The notes below the pieces were generated by a model, which was not told the DNA's origin, did no database searches, and was given only the letters and a program-made list of their open reading frames with translations. From Candidatus Aenigmatarchaeota archaeon (GTDB lineage Archaea; Aenigmatarchaeota; Aenigmatarchaeia; CG10238-14; SCSR01): DNA of 64,000 nt. Shown here piece by piece: positions 37,719 through 48,090 of this stretch. The first letter of the stretch is position 1, and each line of letters begins with the position of its first letter. The stretch spans positions 14,655 to 78,654 of the forward strand of contig JAWBNW010000001.1 of assembly GCA_039000685.1 (NCBI GenBank), in the 5' to 3' direction. A program made the translations under genes and the position numbers.

Positions 37719-38960
37719 ATGTTAGATTTCATCTTGATTTCAATTCTTGGTGTTTCAATAGGTTTGTTTTCAGGCTTGATGCCGAGTATGCACGTGAACA
37801 CTTTATTACCTTTGCTTCTTTCTTTCTCAACTTTTCTCAACCTTTCACCCTACCATTTAGCAGTTCTTGTAGTCTCAACTGCTATGAGTGAGATATTCTT
37901 TAATTTCATTCCATCAATTTTCATCGGTGCACCCGAGGAAGGCACAGCTTTATCTGTTTTGCCAGGCCATAGACTTCTTTTAGAAGGAAGAGGTTATGAA
38001 GCAATTAAACTTACAGTTATAGGTAGCGTAGGCTCTTTGATTCTTAGTCTTCTTTTGATAGCCTTTCTTTCACCCTATTTTACATCCTTCTACAAACTCA
38101 CAAGACCATACATACATTTTGCCATAATTGCTGTGATAGCTTTTATGATTTTTTCTGAAAGAAAGCCAAAGAAAATAATTTCTTCAGCTTTTATAATTTT
38201 GCTTTCAGGGATTTTTGGGTTGCTTGCTTTAAATTCTCAGCTTTTGCCTTCACAGCATATTCTTTTTCCCGTTTTGACCGGAATGTTCGGCTTAAGCACT
38301 TTAATAATCAGCTTTTCTGAAACTTCAAAAATTCCAGAACAAAAAGAGGATTTTTCTTTGAAAATTTCAGCAAAAGAAATTTTGAAATCAATTTTTTTAG
38401 GCTCAATCGCCGGGATTCTCGTCGGTTTTTTACCGGCAGTTGGGATTTCAGAAGCTGCAGTCATGGTACAATATCTTGGGGGAAGAGGAGATGCAAGAAG
38501 TTTTCTTATCACACTCTCTGGAATAAATGTTGGAAATGAAGTTTTTTCCTTGATTTCTCTCTACTTGGTTTCAAATCCAAGAAGTGGTTCAAGTGTTGCA
38601 ATCCAACAGATCTTAACAGAACTTAGCTTTTATGATGTTTTGCTTTTGGTTGGAACTATTTGCTTTGTTTCAGGAATTTCAGCTTTGCTTACACTTTACC
38701 TTGGCAAACAAATACCAAAATTCTTAGTCAGATTAGACTACAAAACTTTAACTCTTTCTATTATAACTTTCATTTGTGCTATGGTCTTCATCTGGACGGG
38801 AATTGCTGGCATTATTATACTTTCAATTTCAACTGCAATTGGTTTACTTTGTGCTCATTTAGAAGTAAGAAGAAGCCATTGCATGGGTGTTCTTTTGATT
38901 CCAAGCATCTTATTCTTTGCTGACTTAAACTCTTCGATTCTTTCAGCATTGGGTATATGA
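37719..38960 (+). CDS. TctA-like (DUF112) transporter membrane protein
   Basis: LLPLLLSF...AVLVVSTAMSEIFFNFIPSIFIGAPEEGTALSVLPGHRLLLEGRGYEA matches the TctA conserved N-terminal block. More than 10 TM. Confidence 0.5.
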   Translation: MLDFILISILGVSIGLFSGLMPSMHVNTLLPLLLSFSTFLNLSPYHLAVLVVSTAMSEIFFNFIPSIFIGAPEEGTALSVLPGHRLLLEGRGYEAIKLTVIGSVGSLILSLLLIAFLSPYFTSFYKLTRPYIHFAIIAVIAFMIFSERKPKKIISSAFIILLSGIFGLLALNSQLLPSQHILFPVLTGMFGLSTLIISFSETSKIPEQKEDFSLKISAKEILKSIFLGSIAGILVGFLPAVGISEAAVMVQYLGGRGDARSFLITLSGINVGNEVFSLISLYLVSNPRSGSSVAIQQILTELSFYDVLLLVGTICFVSGISALLTLYLGKQIPKFLVRLDYKTLTLSIITFICAMVFIWTGIAGIIILSISTAIGLLCAHLEVRRSHCMGVLLIPSILFFADLNSSILSALGI

Positions 38961-38996
38961 ATATTTTAATTAAATAATAATTTTTATAGGTGATCT

Positions 38997-41321
38997 ATGG
39001 TAACAAAAAAAGAATTGATTCAAGAATTTCAAAAGAAGCCCGAGCGCTATTGGAAGGTTAAACTCTTCGATGAATTAAACTTCAAAAGAAGGCAGTGCAA
39101 CAAATGTGGCAAATATTTCTGGTCAATAAAAGAACAAGAAACTTGCAATGATTCTACTTGTAGAGCTTACGACTTCATAGGCAAGCCACCAACAAAAAAG
39201 AGCTGGGATATTTTTAAGACTTGGGAAAAAATTCAAAAATTTTTTGTCGATAACAATCATATTGCCCTCAACCGCTATCCCACAGTCTGTAGATGGTATC
39301 CACTTTACTTCACAATCGCAGGTATAGTGAATTTCTATAGAGTTAGTGAGGATGGTAGCCTAGATTGGGAATTTCCAGCAAACCCAACTATCTTGCTGCA
39401 GCCTTGCTTGCGCTTTAATGATATACCAAATGTTGGCTTGAATTCAAAGAGCTTCACTTGCTTTGGTATGGTCCAGCAAACTTCTTTGTTTGATGGCAAA
39501 AAAGGCTATTGGAAAGATAAATGCATAGAACTTGATTTTGAATTGCTAACAAAAGTTTTTGGAATTAAACCAGAAGAGATAAACTTCATAGAAGACGCTT
39601 GGCTTGGCTACGCTGCTTTTGGAAGCAGCTTGGAATACCATGTTCAAGGAATAGAGCTTGGTAATGCCGTCTTCACAGAATTCCTAGGAACCCCTGAGAA
39701 TTACAGGGAAGCAAAAGAAAAAATAATTGACATGGGCGCTGGTTGGGAAAGGCTTGCTTGGATAACTCAAGGCAAACTAACTTGCTATGATGCAGTTTTT
39801 GGTCCAGTTTTAGAGAAGATGAAAAAAACTTGTGGGATAAAGTATGATAAAAAGTTTTTTACACAATACTCAAAAATTTCAGGAAGAATCAATCTTGACG
39901 AGTTTGCAGATTTTAGGCCAGTCTTATCTTCTTTAGCTGAAACACTTAAGATATCTCCCGAAGAACTGCAAAAAACAATCGAGCCTGTACAAGCTTTGTA
40001 CGCAATAGCAGATCATACTAGAGCTTTGGTTTTTGCAATTGCAGATGGCGGTTTGCCGAGCAATGTTGCTGGGGGTTACAACTTGAGAGTTATTTTGAGA
40101 AGATCCTTGAGCTTCATAGATAAGTTTGAATGGAATTTGAGAATAGAGGACGTTGCGAATTGGCACATAGACTATTTGAAAAAAATTTTCCCTGAGCTTG
40201 AAAAAAAGAGAGAAGAGATAGAAAAAATTTTACAGGTTGAAACTAAAAGGTACAAAACTACTAAAGAAAGAGCTGGCAGAATTATTCAGTCGTTTGCTGG
40301 GAGAAAACCAACAGAAGAAGAATTGATAAAGCTATATGATTCTGAAGGAATAACACCTGAGCAACTTGGAATAGAAGTTTCTTCAGATTTCTACACCAAG
40401 GTTACAGAAAGGCATATGGCTGAGAAAGAAGAAGGCGAAAAAATAGCTTTGGATGTCTCTGGCTTACCGAAAACAAAAATTTTGTACTACGACGATGTTA
40501 TCAACTTCAAAGCAAAAGTTTTGAAAATCTCGGGAAACTTTGTCGTTCTGGACCAAACAGCTTTCTATCCGACTTCTGGTGGTCAAGAGCATGATACCGG
40601 CTATATTGGTGATAACAAGGTTGTTGATGTGATGAAAATCCATTCTGTCATACTTCATCAGCTTGAAGGATGCAATTTGAAGGAAGGTCAAATTGTTGAT
40701 TGTAAAGTTGATAAGAAAAGAAGAGAAATTTTGAAGAAGCATCACGATGCAATTCACATAATAAGTGGGGCAGCAAGAAAAGTTTTGGGTCAACATGTCC
40801 ATCAATATGGTGCAGAAAAGACAGAAGAAAAAGCAAGAATTGACATAACACACTTCGAAGCCTTAAGCGAAGAGGAAGAGGAAAAAATAGAAAAGCTTGC
40901 AAATGAAATTGTGCAAAAAGGTTTGCCAATAAATAAGTTTATTTTGGATAGAGGTGAAGCTGAAAAGAAATATGGTTTTGGAATTTATGCAGGTGGCTAC
41001 ATACCTTCAAGAAAGCTTAGGATTGTTGAGATAAAGAGGTTTGATGTTGAAGCTTGTGGAGGCTTGCATGGCAACAACACAAAAGAAGTTGGTTTAATAA
41101 AAATCTTGAGGACGAAAAGAATTGCTGATGGTTTGGTTAGAATTGAAATAAAAGCAGGAGATGTTGCTCTAGAATACTTGAAAGAAAAAGAAAGAATATT
41201 GAGAGAAGTTGAAAAAAGGCTAGATGTAAAGGAAGAAAAAGTTGTTGAAGCTGTAAAAGAACTTTTCGAAAAGTGGAAAAAACTTAGAAAGCAGTTGAAA
41301 AAAATGAGGAAGAAAAAATGA
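38997..41321 (+). CDS. alaS: Alanyl-tRNA synthetase (archaeal type; short C-terminus)
   Basis: Archaeal AlaRS N-terminus. Editing domain HxxxH...CGGLH (VEACGGLHGNNTKEVG). 774 aa, shorter than typical archaeal AlaRS. Confidence 0.85.
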   Translation: MVTKKELIQEFQKKPERYWKVKLFDELNFKRRQCNKCGKYFWSIKEQETCNDSTCRAYDFIGKPPTKKSWDIFKTWEKIQKFFVDNNHIALNRYPTVCRWYPLYFTIAGIVNFYRVSEDGSLDWEFPANPTILLQPCLRFNDIPNVGLNSKSFTCFGMVQQTSLFDGKKGYWKDKCIELDFELLTKVFGIKPEEINFIEDAWLGYAAFGSSLEYHVQGIELGNAVFTEFLGTPENYREAKEKIIDMGAGWERLAWITQGKLTCYDAVFGPVLEKMKKTCGIKYDKKFFTQYSKISGRINLDEFADFRPVLSSLAETLKISPEELQKTIEPVQALYAIADHTRALVFAIADGGLPSNVAGGYNLRVILRRSLSFIDKFEWNLRIEDVANWHIDYLKKIFPELEKKREEIEKILQVETKRYKTTKERAGRIIQSFAGRKPTEEELIKLYDSEGITPEQLGIEVSSDFYTKVTERHMAEKEEGEKIALDVSGLPKTKILYYDDVINFKAKVLKISGNFVVLDQTAFYPTSGGQEHDTGYIGDNKVVDVMKIHSVILHQLEGCNLKEGQIVDCKVDKKRREILKKHHDAIHIISGAARKVLGQHVHQYGAEKTEEKARIDITHFEALSEEEEEKIEKLANEIVQKGLPINKFILDRGEAEKKYGFGIYAGGYIPSRKLRIVEIKRFDVEACGGLHGNNTKEVGLIKILRTKRIADGLVRIEIKAGDVALEYLKEKERILREVEKRLDVKEEKVVEAVKELFEKWKKLRKQLKKMRKKK

Positions 41322-41473
41322 TTTCAAGAAGAGAATGGGAAGAATTGAAGAAGAAAGAAAAGATATTGAGAAAAGCTACTGAGATCCTTAGGGTTGAGGA
41401 TAAAGATTTGCCTAGAGTCATAGAGAGATTTCAAAAGGAGATAAAAGAAATGGAAGAAAAGTTAAGAGAGTAA
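41318..41473 (+). CDS. Small helical ORF (51 aa) overlapping the alaS stop (ATGA)
   Basis: MISRREWEELKKKEKILRKATEILRVEDKDLPRVIERFQKEIKEMEEKLRE. Could be a detached AlaRS C-terminal helical piece. Confidence 0.2.
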   Translation: MISRREWEELKKKEKILRKATEILRVEDKDLPRVIERFQKEIKEMEEKLRE

Positions 41474-41474
41474 C

Positions 41475-42044
41475 TCAATAATCGTATGGCACAATCCATA
41501 ATTCCTCAAAATCTTCTAAACTATACTCCTTAGTTTTTAATCTTTCTCTTTCTTCTTCCAATCCTTTTTTAAATTCTCTCCATTTTTCATCTAATTTAAT
41601 CAATTCATTACCATATTTTATCACAAAATCAAATGGCCTTATAAACTTTCTATCTTTCGAAAGATGCGAATCAAGACTAACTATATTTTCCACTTCATTT
41701 AATTTGGCAAGGGTCAATAGTGCGCCATCAACCGAGCCATATTTTTCTTTATTTTTGATCAACTTCTTATCTAGTCTTATTCGGATAAAATTTCTATTTT
41801 TTAAGATATTATAAACCCAAGAACAGCCTAAACCATTATATTTTTTAATCAAACATTTTATAATTTCTTTTTCAGTCCCGTAGGCTATACCAAACTTTAA
41901 TGTACTATTGTCTTGTGATTCGACTATTCTCCAACAATCTGGATAACACCTAACGGCCCCAATGAAAATATTTGAGTCCAAAAGATTGATTTTTTGAGGA
42001 AGTTGACCAAAACCTTTTTCATCCCATATCGTGTAATCTTTCAT
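41475..42044 (-). CDS. Hypothetical protein, possibly PIN-like nuclease fold
   Basis: LLDSNIFI and VSLDSHL acidic motifs are reminiscent of PIN domains; weak. Confidence 0.25.
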   Translation of the reverse strand: MKDYTIWDEKGFGQLPQKINLLDSNIFIGAVRCYPDCWRIVESQDNSTLKFGIAYGTEKEIIKCLIKKYNGLGCSWVYNILKNRNFIRIRLDKKLIKNKEKYGSVDGALLTLAKLNEVENIVSLDSHLSKDRKFIRPFDFVIKYGNELIKLDEKWREFKKGLEEERERLKTKEYSLEDFEELWIVPYDY

Positions 42045-42098
42045 ATTTTTAATCTTTTTGATAATTATTAATCTTTTTTCTTGAATAATACACAGTTA

Positions 42099-42722
42099 TT
42101 AAGAAGTCTTCCCTTTAGGCAATATCATCAAACCTTCTTCCGGATCTCCTATTGCAAGATAATTGTTCTCTAAGAACAGCTTTCCGATTAAAGCAGAAGT
42201 GATAGCATCTAGCTCATCGTCTGTTATTTTCTCTTTTTCAACATCTCCCCTAAACCCAAATTTTATCAAGGCCTTTCTCAGTTTTTCTATTCCCTTTTTC
42301 TTTCTAGAAATCCCAAGTATGTCTTGAGCTGCTCCGGGAAAACTTTCTATAACTTTGTAGCCTTTTCTTTCAAAAAATTTCTTCAGTTTCATTCCTCTTT
42401 TAGTCAAGCTTCTCATAGGCCCAAGTGTAATAGGGAAGAATTTTATCTTCATTTTAATCAATTCTCTATCACATGCCCTAAGATGAGGGCCTTTTTGCTC
42501 AATAGTTTTCCTACCTTTCGGTAAACTCAGAGGAGCATCTATGCTTATGATGTCAGGATTTCTTTTGAGGCTCTCTTCAATTATTTCTTTGTCTGAATGC
42601 AAAGCAAGGGTCTTACAATTCAAATTCTCATCCATAAAACAAAATCCGGTTGTTTGTTTCTCGCTACCAGCCAAATCTATACCAACAATCCTCATCTCAA
42701 TTCCACTTAAACCTTGGCACAT
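42099..42722 (-). CDS. DUF429-like RNase H-fold predicted nuclease (likely start at internal Met10, MRIVGIDLAG)
   Basis: MRIVGIDLAGSEK...ISIDAPLSLP pattern. Confidence 0.45.
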   Translation of the reverse strand: MCQGLSGIEMRIVGIDLAGSEKQTTGFCFMDENLNCKTLALHSDKEIIEESLKRNPDIISIDAPLSLPKGRKTIEQKGPHLRACDRELIKMKIKFFPITLGPMRSLTKRGMKLKKFFERKGYKVIESFPGAAQDILGISRKKKGIEKLRKALIKFGFRGDVEKEKITDDELDAITSALIGKLFLENNYLAIGDPEEGLMILPKGKTS

Positions 42723-43165
42723 TCAACAGGTGGATAAAGCATGATTTCACACAAAACATCCATTACATTTTCTTCTGTTATGTTTTCTCCTTCCAATTCT
42801 TTTTCTTGAAGGTAAATTCTATTCTCTGTTATGTTAAAACCTATGAAGTGGAGCTTTGGAAAGCTTTCATTGACCAAAATCTTTTCCAAGAAAACTTTGT
42901 CGCTATACTGATTTGCAAAATCTTCTAGGAGAGAAATCTTTTCTTGACAATCTTGGCAGTCTTGACCATACAGAAATTCCAACAAAACCCTGCCTTGTCT
43001 CAAAACAAGATTTTTTTGCTGGACATCCAGCTCATAATTCACTATGTTTCCTTCTGGCAGGGTCGGCCTTGAAATTAAAGAAGATATGAAATAAATAAGG
43101 GTAGAGCTAAGCATGAGCAGAGCCAAGAAAATTCCAAGCAAGCTTGACTTCTTCATACTTAACAA
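42707..43165 (-). CDS. Membrane-anchored thioredoxin-like protein
   Basis: N-terminal TM. CQDC motif (GQDCQDCQ) in a Trx-like context. Confidence 0.3.
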   Translation of the reverse strand: MLSMKKSSLLGIFLALLMLSSTLIYFISSLISRPTLPEGNIVNYELDVQQKNLVLRQGRVLLEFLYGQDCQDCQEKISLLEDFANQYSDKVFLEKILVNESFPKLHFIGFNITENRIYLQEKELEGENITEENVMDVLCEIMLYPPVECAKV

Positions 43166-43200
43166 ATTTAACTCCTTAAGATAAATTTTTATTAGATGAT

Positions 43201-43992
43201 ATGGTTCTGGAAAGATTGGTAAGTGTGAGAGGTGCTCTCAAGCAGCCCTTTTGGGTCTTCATCTTGGGCGGCTTGATTTCCACTATAAGCTTAGCTTTGT
43301 CTTTCTTAATTTTTCCCGACTCTGTTGGTCTGATCAGCAACTTCTTCATCACATTTGGTATAATGCCTTTCATGCTAGATTTCATAAGGTATGAAGGAGC
43401 TAATGTAGAGCAGAAAGCGGAAGAACTGAAGAAGATGAACATCTTCCAAAGACATAGAAATGTAATAATGATCTATACAGCTTTTTTTGCCGGCATGGTT
43501 CTGACACAAACAATCCTCTACATGATGATCCCTGAAAATTGGTGTCAAAAACTCTTCAACGATCAGATCACTCAAATAAATTTGATAAGAGGCAAGGCCA
43601 CTTTTGGTGGGACATTTTCCACTATACTAATAAACAATTCTGGTGTTCTCATGCTCTCTTTTCTCTTTTCTTTCTTGTTCGGCGCAGGAGCAATTTTCAT
43701 CTTGGCTTGGAATGCTTCAGTTCTTTCTGTTGCAATTGGAATGACGGCAAAAAGTTTAGGCGGCTTTAGAGGGATTCCTCTAGCGATTCTAACTTTCTTC
43801 CCTCATGGGAGTCTTGAGATTTTGGCTTACTTCATAGGAGGAATTGCAGGTGGCTTGGCTTCTGTGGCTTTCACAAAAAGGAAAACAGAAAAATTCAGTT
43901 TTGTCTTGAGAGATAGTTTTGAGATGATGTTAGCTGCTTTTGTTTTGTTGGTGATAGCAGCCACAATAGAAACCACAATAATCGTGGCTTAA
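43201..43992 (+). CDS. SpoIIM/DUF95-family membrane protein
   Basis: FFPHGSLEILAYFIGGIAGGLAS C-terminal block typical of DUF95. About 5 TM. Confidence 0.4.
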   Translation: MVLERLVSVRGALKQPFWVFILGGLISTISLALSFLIFPDSVGLISNFFITFGIMPFMLDFIRYEGANVEQKAEELKKMNIFQRHRNVIMIYTAFFAGMVLTQTILYMMIPENWCQKLFNDQITQINLIRGKATFGGTFSTILINNSGVLMLSFLFSFLFGAGAIFILAWNASVLSVAIGMTAKSLGGFRGIPLAILTFFPHGSLEILAYFIGGIAGGLASVAFTKRKTEKFSFVLRDSFEMMLAAFVLLVIAATIETTIIVA

Positions 43993-46686
43993 TCACTCTA
44001 AATAAATCCCGGGTTTACCATACTTTGCTTTTGCTGCCTTGTTTTGTGGATCATACTTTTTCTCATCAGAAGCCTTGAAAGCAAAAATTTTCTTGAATCC
44101 AAACTTCTTCTTCAAGAATTTCACATTTTCTTCAAAATATTCCAGCTCTTTGTCGGTCACAAAATAAAAGTAAGCTTTCTCTTTTTTTCCAGCAAGCTTG
44201 AGAACTTGAGATACATCTTCCATCAATTTTTTGAAATTTTGCTCTAACTCTAAAACATTCTTATCAATTTTACTCTCTTCAGCTTCAGGCCATTTGGCCA
44301 CACAAACGAAGTCGTTGTTTCCAAGCTCGTGCCACCACTCTTCAGCCACATGAGGCAAGACAGGAGCAAGAATTTTCACCATGTTTCTAACAGCTTCAGA
44401 AATTATTTGCTTGTTGCAATTCTTTATTCCACCGCATCTTTCCAAATATTCTTTCAAATCATTGATGAATTCAAAAAGAGCAACTTGGACTGCTGTTCTG
44501 AACTTAAGCTCTTCATAAGCTTCAGTAGCTTTCTTCACATTTTGTTGAACTTTGCTCTGCAACAACAAATCAATTTTTTTTAAATCTTCCCTTTCAGTTT
44601 TCTTCAAATCTTTAACAAGTTTTGAGATGAATTTTATCTTTGAAGCATAAGTTGCAACAGTTTCATCTCTCCAATCCCCATCATCCAAATTTTCAGCAGA
44701 AGCCGTGATGTTTATTCTGACCAAATCACTTCCAATTTTTTTCACCAAATCTTTCAAAGGTATTATGTTTCCTTTAGACTTACTCATCTTCGTCCCACTT
44801 GCATTAACAAAACCATTCACACCAATTGCCTTGGGCCAATACTTTGGATCATCCCAAATGGCGACATGGTGGAAGATATAGAACGTCAAATGATTTTGAA
44901 CGAGATCTTTGCCAGAGTTCCTCAAGTCAACAGGATAGAAATATTCAAATTCTCTTCTCATTTCTTCTATTATTTCTTTCTCCAAACCAGAGTTTTTACT
45001 CACTTCTTCCATATCTCCTTTACCCAAAAAAACATAATCGAAAACTTCATCCGTCAGTTTTTTGGCAGGTATTTTTTTCTCATTTATCACTTTTGCTATT
45101 GTGTAGTAGGCCATATAGATCACGCTGTCAGAAAGAGTTTCAATCTTCCAGCTCTTGTCCCATGGCAACGGCGTCCCCAAGCCAGTTTTTCTCGTGCAAG
45201 CCTTATCTTTCAGCCAGTCTACCGTGTTCAAGAACTGACTTCTTATCTCTTCTGGATAAAATTTCATAGCTTTTATGCATCGCCTGACCTTTTCTTTCCA
45301 TTCTTCATCTGAAAATTTCAAGAACCATTGATTCTCTAAAATCTTCACATGATTTTTTGTCCCACATCTACATACAACTAGACCAGTTGATTCCCACATC
45401 ACATCTGCTATTCCTCTTTCAATGAAATCTTTTGAAAGCTTTTCCTTGCATTCAGAAACTTTCATCCCAGAATATTCACCACAATTTTCTTTCAATACAC
45501 CAAGATGGAATTCTTTCTTGTAAACTTCGGAAGTAGCTTCCTCTAATTTTTCTTTGTCATTTTGATCTTTAACTCCAAGCTTCTCACAGAATTCTATTCC
45601 AGGATGATCCCCAAGTTCAGGTGTTTTTATCAGTGATATTGGTTCAATCTCAAGAACAACTTTTGGATCAATCCCATATTTTTTAACTTCTTCAGGATTT
45701 CTTTGCAGATCATAAAGACCAATCCAATCATAAGGGGCATGAGAAGGGACAGACATCACAATTCCAGTAGCAGAATCTGGATCAACAAAGCTTGCAGGCA
45801 AAACTATAACTTTATCTCCATTCACAGGATTTTCCACGTACTTACCAACAAACTCTGAACCTTTTATGCTACTCAAAACTTCAACTCTTTTCAATTGGTC
45901 TTTGAGCTTCCCAGCAGCCTCTTTGCTTAAGAGCCAAGTTTCAGAATCAACTTTAGCCCAAACATACTCAACATCTGGATTAATCCAAAGATTTGTTACA
46001 CCATAAGTTGTTTCCGGTCTTAAAGTACCACAAGGTAAAATTTCTCCTGAGCTGAGTCTAAATTTTATCAAGATATAGTCTATTGGGCTTTCACCCTCAC
46101 CTTTAAGTCTGTCATGATCTCCTGTGGGTGATTGACATTTTGGACACCAAATAACAGGGTGAGTACCTTGAACAACATATCCTTTTTTTCTTAAAGTGTT
46201 GTATTGCCATTCAATAAATCTACTGAAACAAGGGTCTATTGCAGTTATGAATTTTCTTCTCCAGTCAACTGAAAAACCCATTGATCTTGCGGCCTTCTCT
46301 ATTTTCTTCGTCCAGAATTTTGCAACAAATTCCGGTCCCCTCTTTACAAAATTCTCCAGATCTTTGTCAGTTGCACCAAATGAATAGAAAGTCTCAATCT
46401 GAGTTTTATCCCTCGATTTAATCCTTTCAATCGAGCCTAAAATCGGTTCACCAGTCGCGTGGAAACCCATGGCAAGCATGGCATTAAATCCTTGCATTCT
46501 CTTGAATCTGCAATAAACATCAATCCTGCTGTAAGTGAAAGCATGTCCTATGTGAAGATCAGCATTAACATAAGGAATTATCAAGGAAGTGAAAAATTTT
46601 TGTTTGCTTGGGTCAACATTTGCTTCAAAAATCTTAGCCTTTTCCCACTCAGCTTGCCATTTCTTCTCTATTTTCTTTAGGTTCAT
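43993..46686 (-). CDS. leuS: Leucyl-tRNA synthetase (archaeal type)
   Basis: HIGH motif ADLHIGHAFTY. KMSKS KMSKSKGN. CP1 editing domain. Confidence 0.9.
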   Translation of the reverse strand: MNLKKIEKKWQAEWEKAKIFEANVDPSKQKFFTSLIIPYVNADLHIGHAFTYSRIDVYCRFKRMQGFNAMLAMGFHATGEPILGSIERIKSRDKTQIETFYSFGATDKDLENFVKRGPEFVAKFWTKKIEKAARSMGFSVDWRRKFITAIDPCFSRFIEWQYNTLRKKGYVVQGTHPVIWCPKCQSPTGDHDRLKGEGESPIDYILIKFRLSSGEILPCGTLRPETTYGVTNLWINPDVEYVWAKVDSETWLLSKEAAGKLKDQLKRVEVLSSIKGSEFVGKYVENPVNGDKVIVLPASFVDPDSATGIVMSVPSHAPYDWIGLYDLQRNPEEVKKYGIDPKVVLEIEPISLIKTPELGDHPGIEFCEKLGVKDQNDKEKLEEATSEVYKKEFHLGVLKENCGEYSGMKVSECKEKLSKDFIERGIADVMWESTGLVVCRCGTKNHVKILENQWFLKFSDEEWKEKVRRCIKAMKFYPEEIRSQFLNTVDWLKDKACTRKTGLGTPLPWDKSWKIETLSDSVIYMAYYTIAKVINEKKIPAKKLTDEVFDYVFLGKGDMEEVSKNSGLEKEIIEEMRREFEYFYPVDLRNSGKDLVQNHLTFYIFHHVAIWDDPKYWPKAIGVNGFVNASGTKMSKSKGNIIPLKDLVKKIGSDLVRINITASAENLDDGDWRDETVATYASKIKFISKLVKDLKKTEREDLKKIDLLLQSKVQQNVKKATEAYEELKFRTAVQVALFEFINDLKEYLERCGGIKNCNKQIISEAVRNMVKILAPVLPHVAEEWWHELGNNDFVCVAKWPEAEESKIDKNVLELEQNFKKLMEDVSQVLKLAGKKEKAYFYFVTDKELEYFEENVKFLKKKFGFKKIFAFKASDEKKYDPQNKAAKAKYGKPGIYLE

Positions 46687-46801
46687 GAATAACCTCCTCG
46701 ATAAATTGTAATATAGAGAAAGAGAGCTTTAAGCTTACAGGAGAAGTCGCTCACCCATCTCGCTCACTAAATTATTTTTAAGAAAGAAAGAATAAAAAGC
46801 T

Positions 46802-48037
46802 TTAGGCTACAATGCTCTTCAATACACGATAAATAGATTCTGGTATGTTTGCGCTTAAGTTATGTGTATTGTTACGAAAGTCCGGTCTTGTGTTGAATTC
46901 ATTTGCATATGGAGTGCATTTGTCCAAATGTTCTAATATAAGTGATTGAGCCTCTAAATATTCTGGTAGGGATTTGAATTCTGCGTATATTTGGTCATGT
47001 TCTCTCAAGGTTTTGTTAAATTCACCTTCAGTGCATCTATTTTCCAATCTTTTTTCCAATGCAACTTTAACTTTTGTTTTGACTGGTTCTATTTTCTCGG
47101 TTTTGAACTTACTAAGCTTTTTTATTCCTTCATATATTTTTTTTCTTTCCTCACCATCCTCACATACAGGAATTATATCAATCCCTCCATACAATGCGTC
47201 TATATTAAATCCCCGAGATCTCGTGAAATTAACAAGTGCATTTATACACTCAACAGCAATTTTCTCATATTTGGGAGGTGTGGGTATTCCTATAGGAATC
47301 GCTCCTAAAGCTGTATTTTTAGCAATTATCTCATCACTACTTACAACACGAGCCAAACAACCAATAACAACTGGAGATTTACCCTTCTCTTTTTCTAAAG
47401 ATATTCTTAAGTCAAGAGCATGTGGTTTGAATTCCTCCGCATATACACCATACGGATTGCTTAGACATGGAAAGAGGGCTTCATTTATTTTTCCACGATC
47501 TTTATAATTTTGAAAGGCTGTGACACAAGTCCTTAGGAAGTCTTTTTCACTTTCGATATAAAAAATAGCTTTACCTCTACTTCCTTCCGTAGGCTTTATA
47601 ACAGCCTTCTTCCATTCTTGAAAGATCAATTTCGAAATTTTTTCTGCAGCATTTCTGTTTAACGAAAATCGATCACCATACTTTTTAATCGGAAAATCTT
47701 GAATTAAAATACTATCTATAGTAGGTATTCTATATCTTCTAAAGATATCTTTTAGTCTCGGTTTTGAGTTAGAAAAATATTCAACTCCATATGGATTTAT
47801 AACAAGTATATCAGCCTTTTCAAAATTTTCTGTGCTATTTTCCCTAAAATTTTTACTCGTGGCTCTATTAACTATAGCTTCTATACCGTACGAATTAATC
47901 AAACTGCGGGTTTCTTCAGGTGATTTGAATGAGAAATTTTTTAAATCAATAAACTGAATTTCTACTTTTTTACTTAGTTCTTCTAGTAGTGAAAACTCAT
48001 CCAATAATATTTCATCACTTGCTAGCCCAATTTTCAT
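46802..48037 (-). CDS. ATP-grasp family ligase (RimK/LysX-like core with N-terminal extension)
   Basis: AVIKPTEGSRGKAIFYIESEKD is an ATP-grasp B-loop pattern. 411 aa. Native AT-rich composition. Confidence 0.45.
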   Translation of the reverse strand: MKIGLASDEILLDEFSLLEELSKKVEIQFIDLKNFSFKSPEETRSLINSYGIEAIVNRATSKNFRENSTENFEKADILVINPYGVEYFSNSKPRLKDIFRRYRIPTIDSILIQDFPIKKYGDRFSLNRNAAEKISKLIFQEWKKAVIKPTEGSRGKAIFYIESEKDFLRTCVTAFQNYKDRGKINEALFPCLSNPYGVYAEEFKPHALDLRISLEKEKGKSPVVIGCLARVVSSDEIIAKNTALGAIPIGIPTPPKYEKIAVECINALVNFTRSRGFNIDALYGGIDIIPVCEDGEERKKIYEGIKKLSKFKTEKIEPVKTKVKVALEKRLENRCTEGEFNKTLREHDQIYAEFKSLPEYLEAQSLILEHLDKCTPYANEFNTRPDFRNNTHNLSANIPESIYRVLKSIVA

Positions 48038-48090
48038 AATTAGTTAAAAAATAACAAAGTTTTAAATCCTTAACTATAAGGATTAAAAAT

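Noticed and set aside
42099-42128. First 9 codons (MCQGLSGIE) of ORF 42099..42722
   Set aside because: The conserved DUF429 N-terminus begins MRIVGIDLAG, so the internal Met is the more likely start. The longer track coordinates are kept in the feature list for traceability.
44044-45312. Several plus-strand ORFs inside leuS
   Set aside because: Nested antisense to leucyl-tRNA synthetase. They are shadow ORFs.
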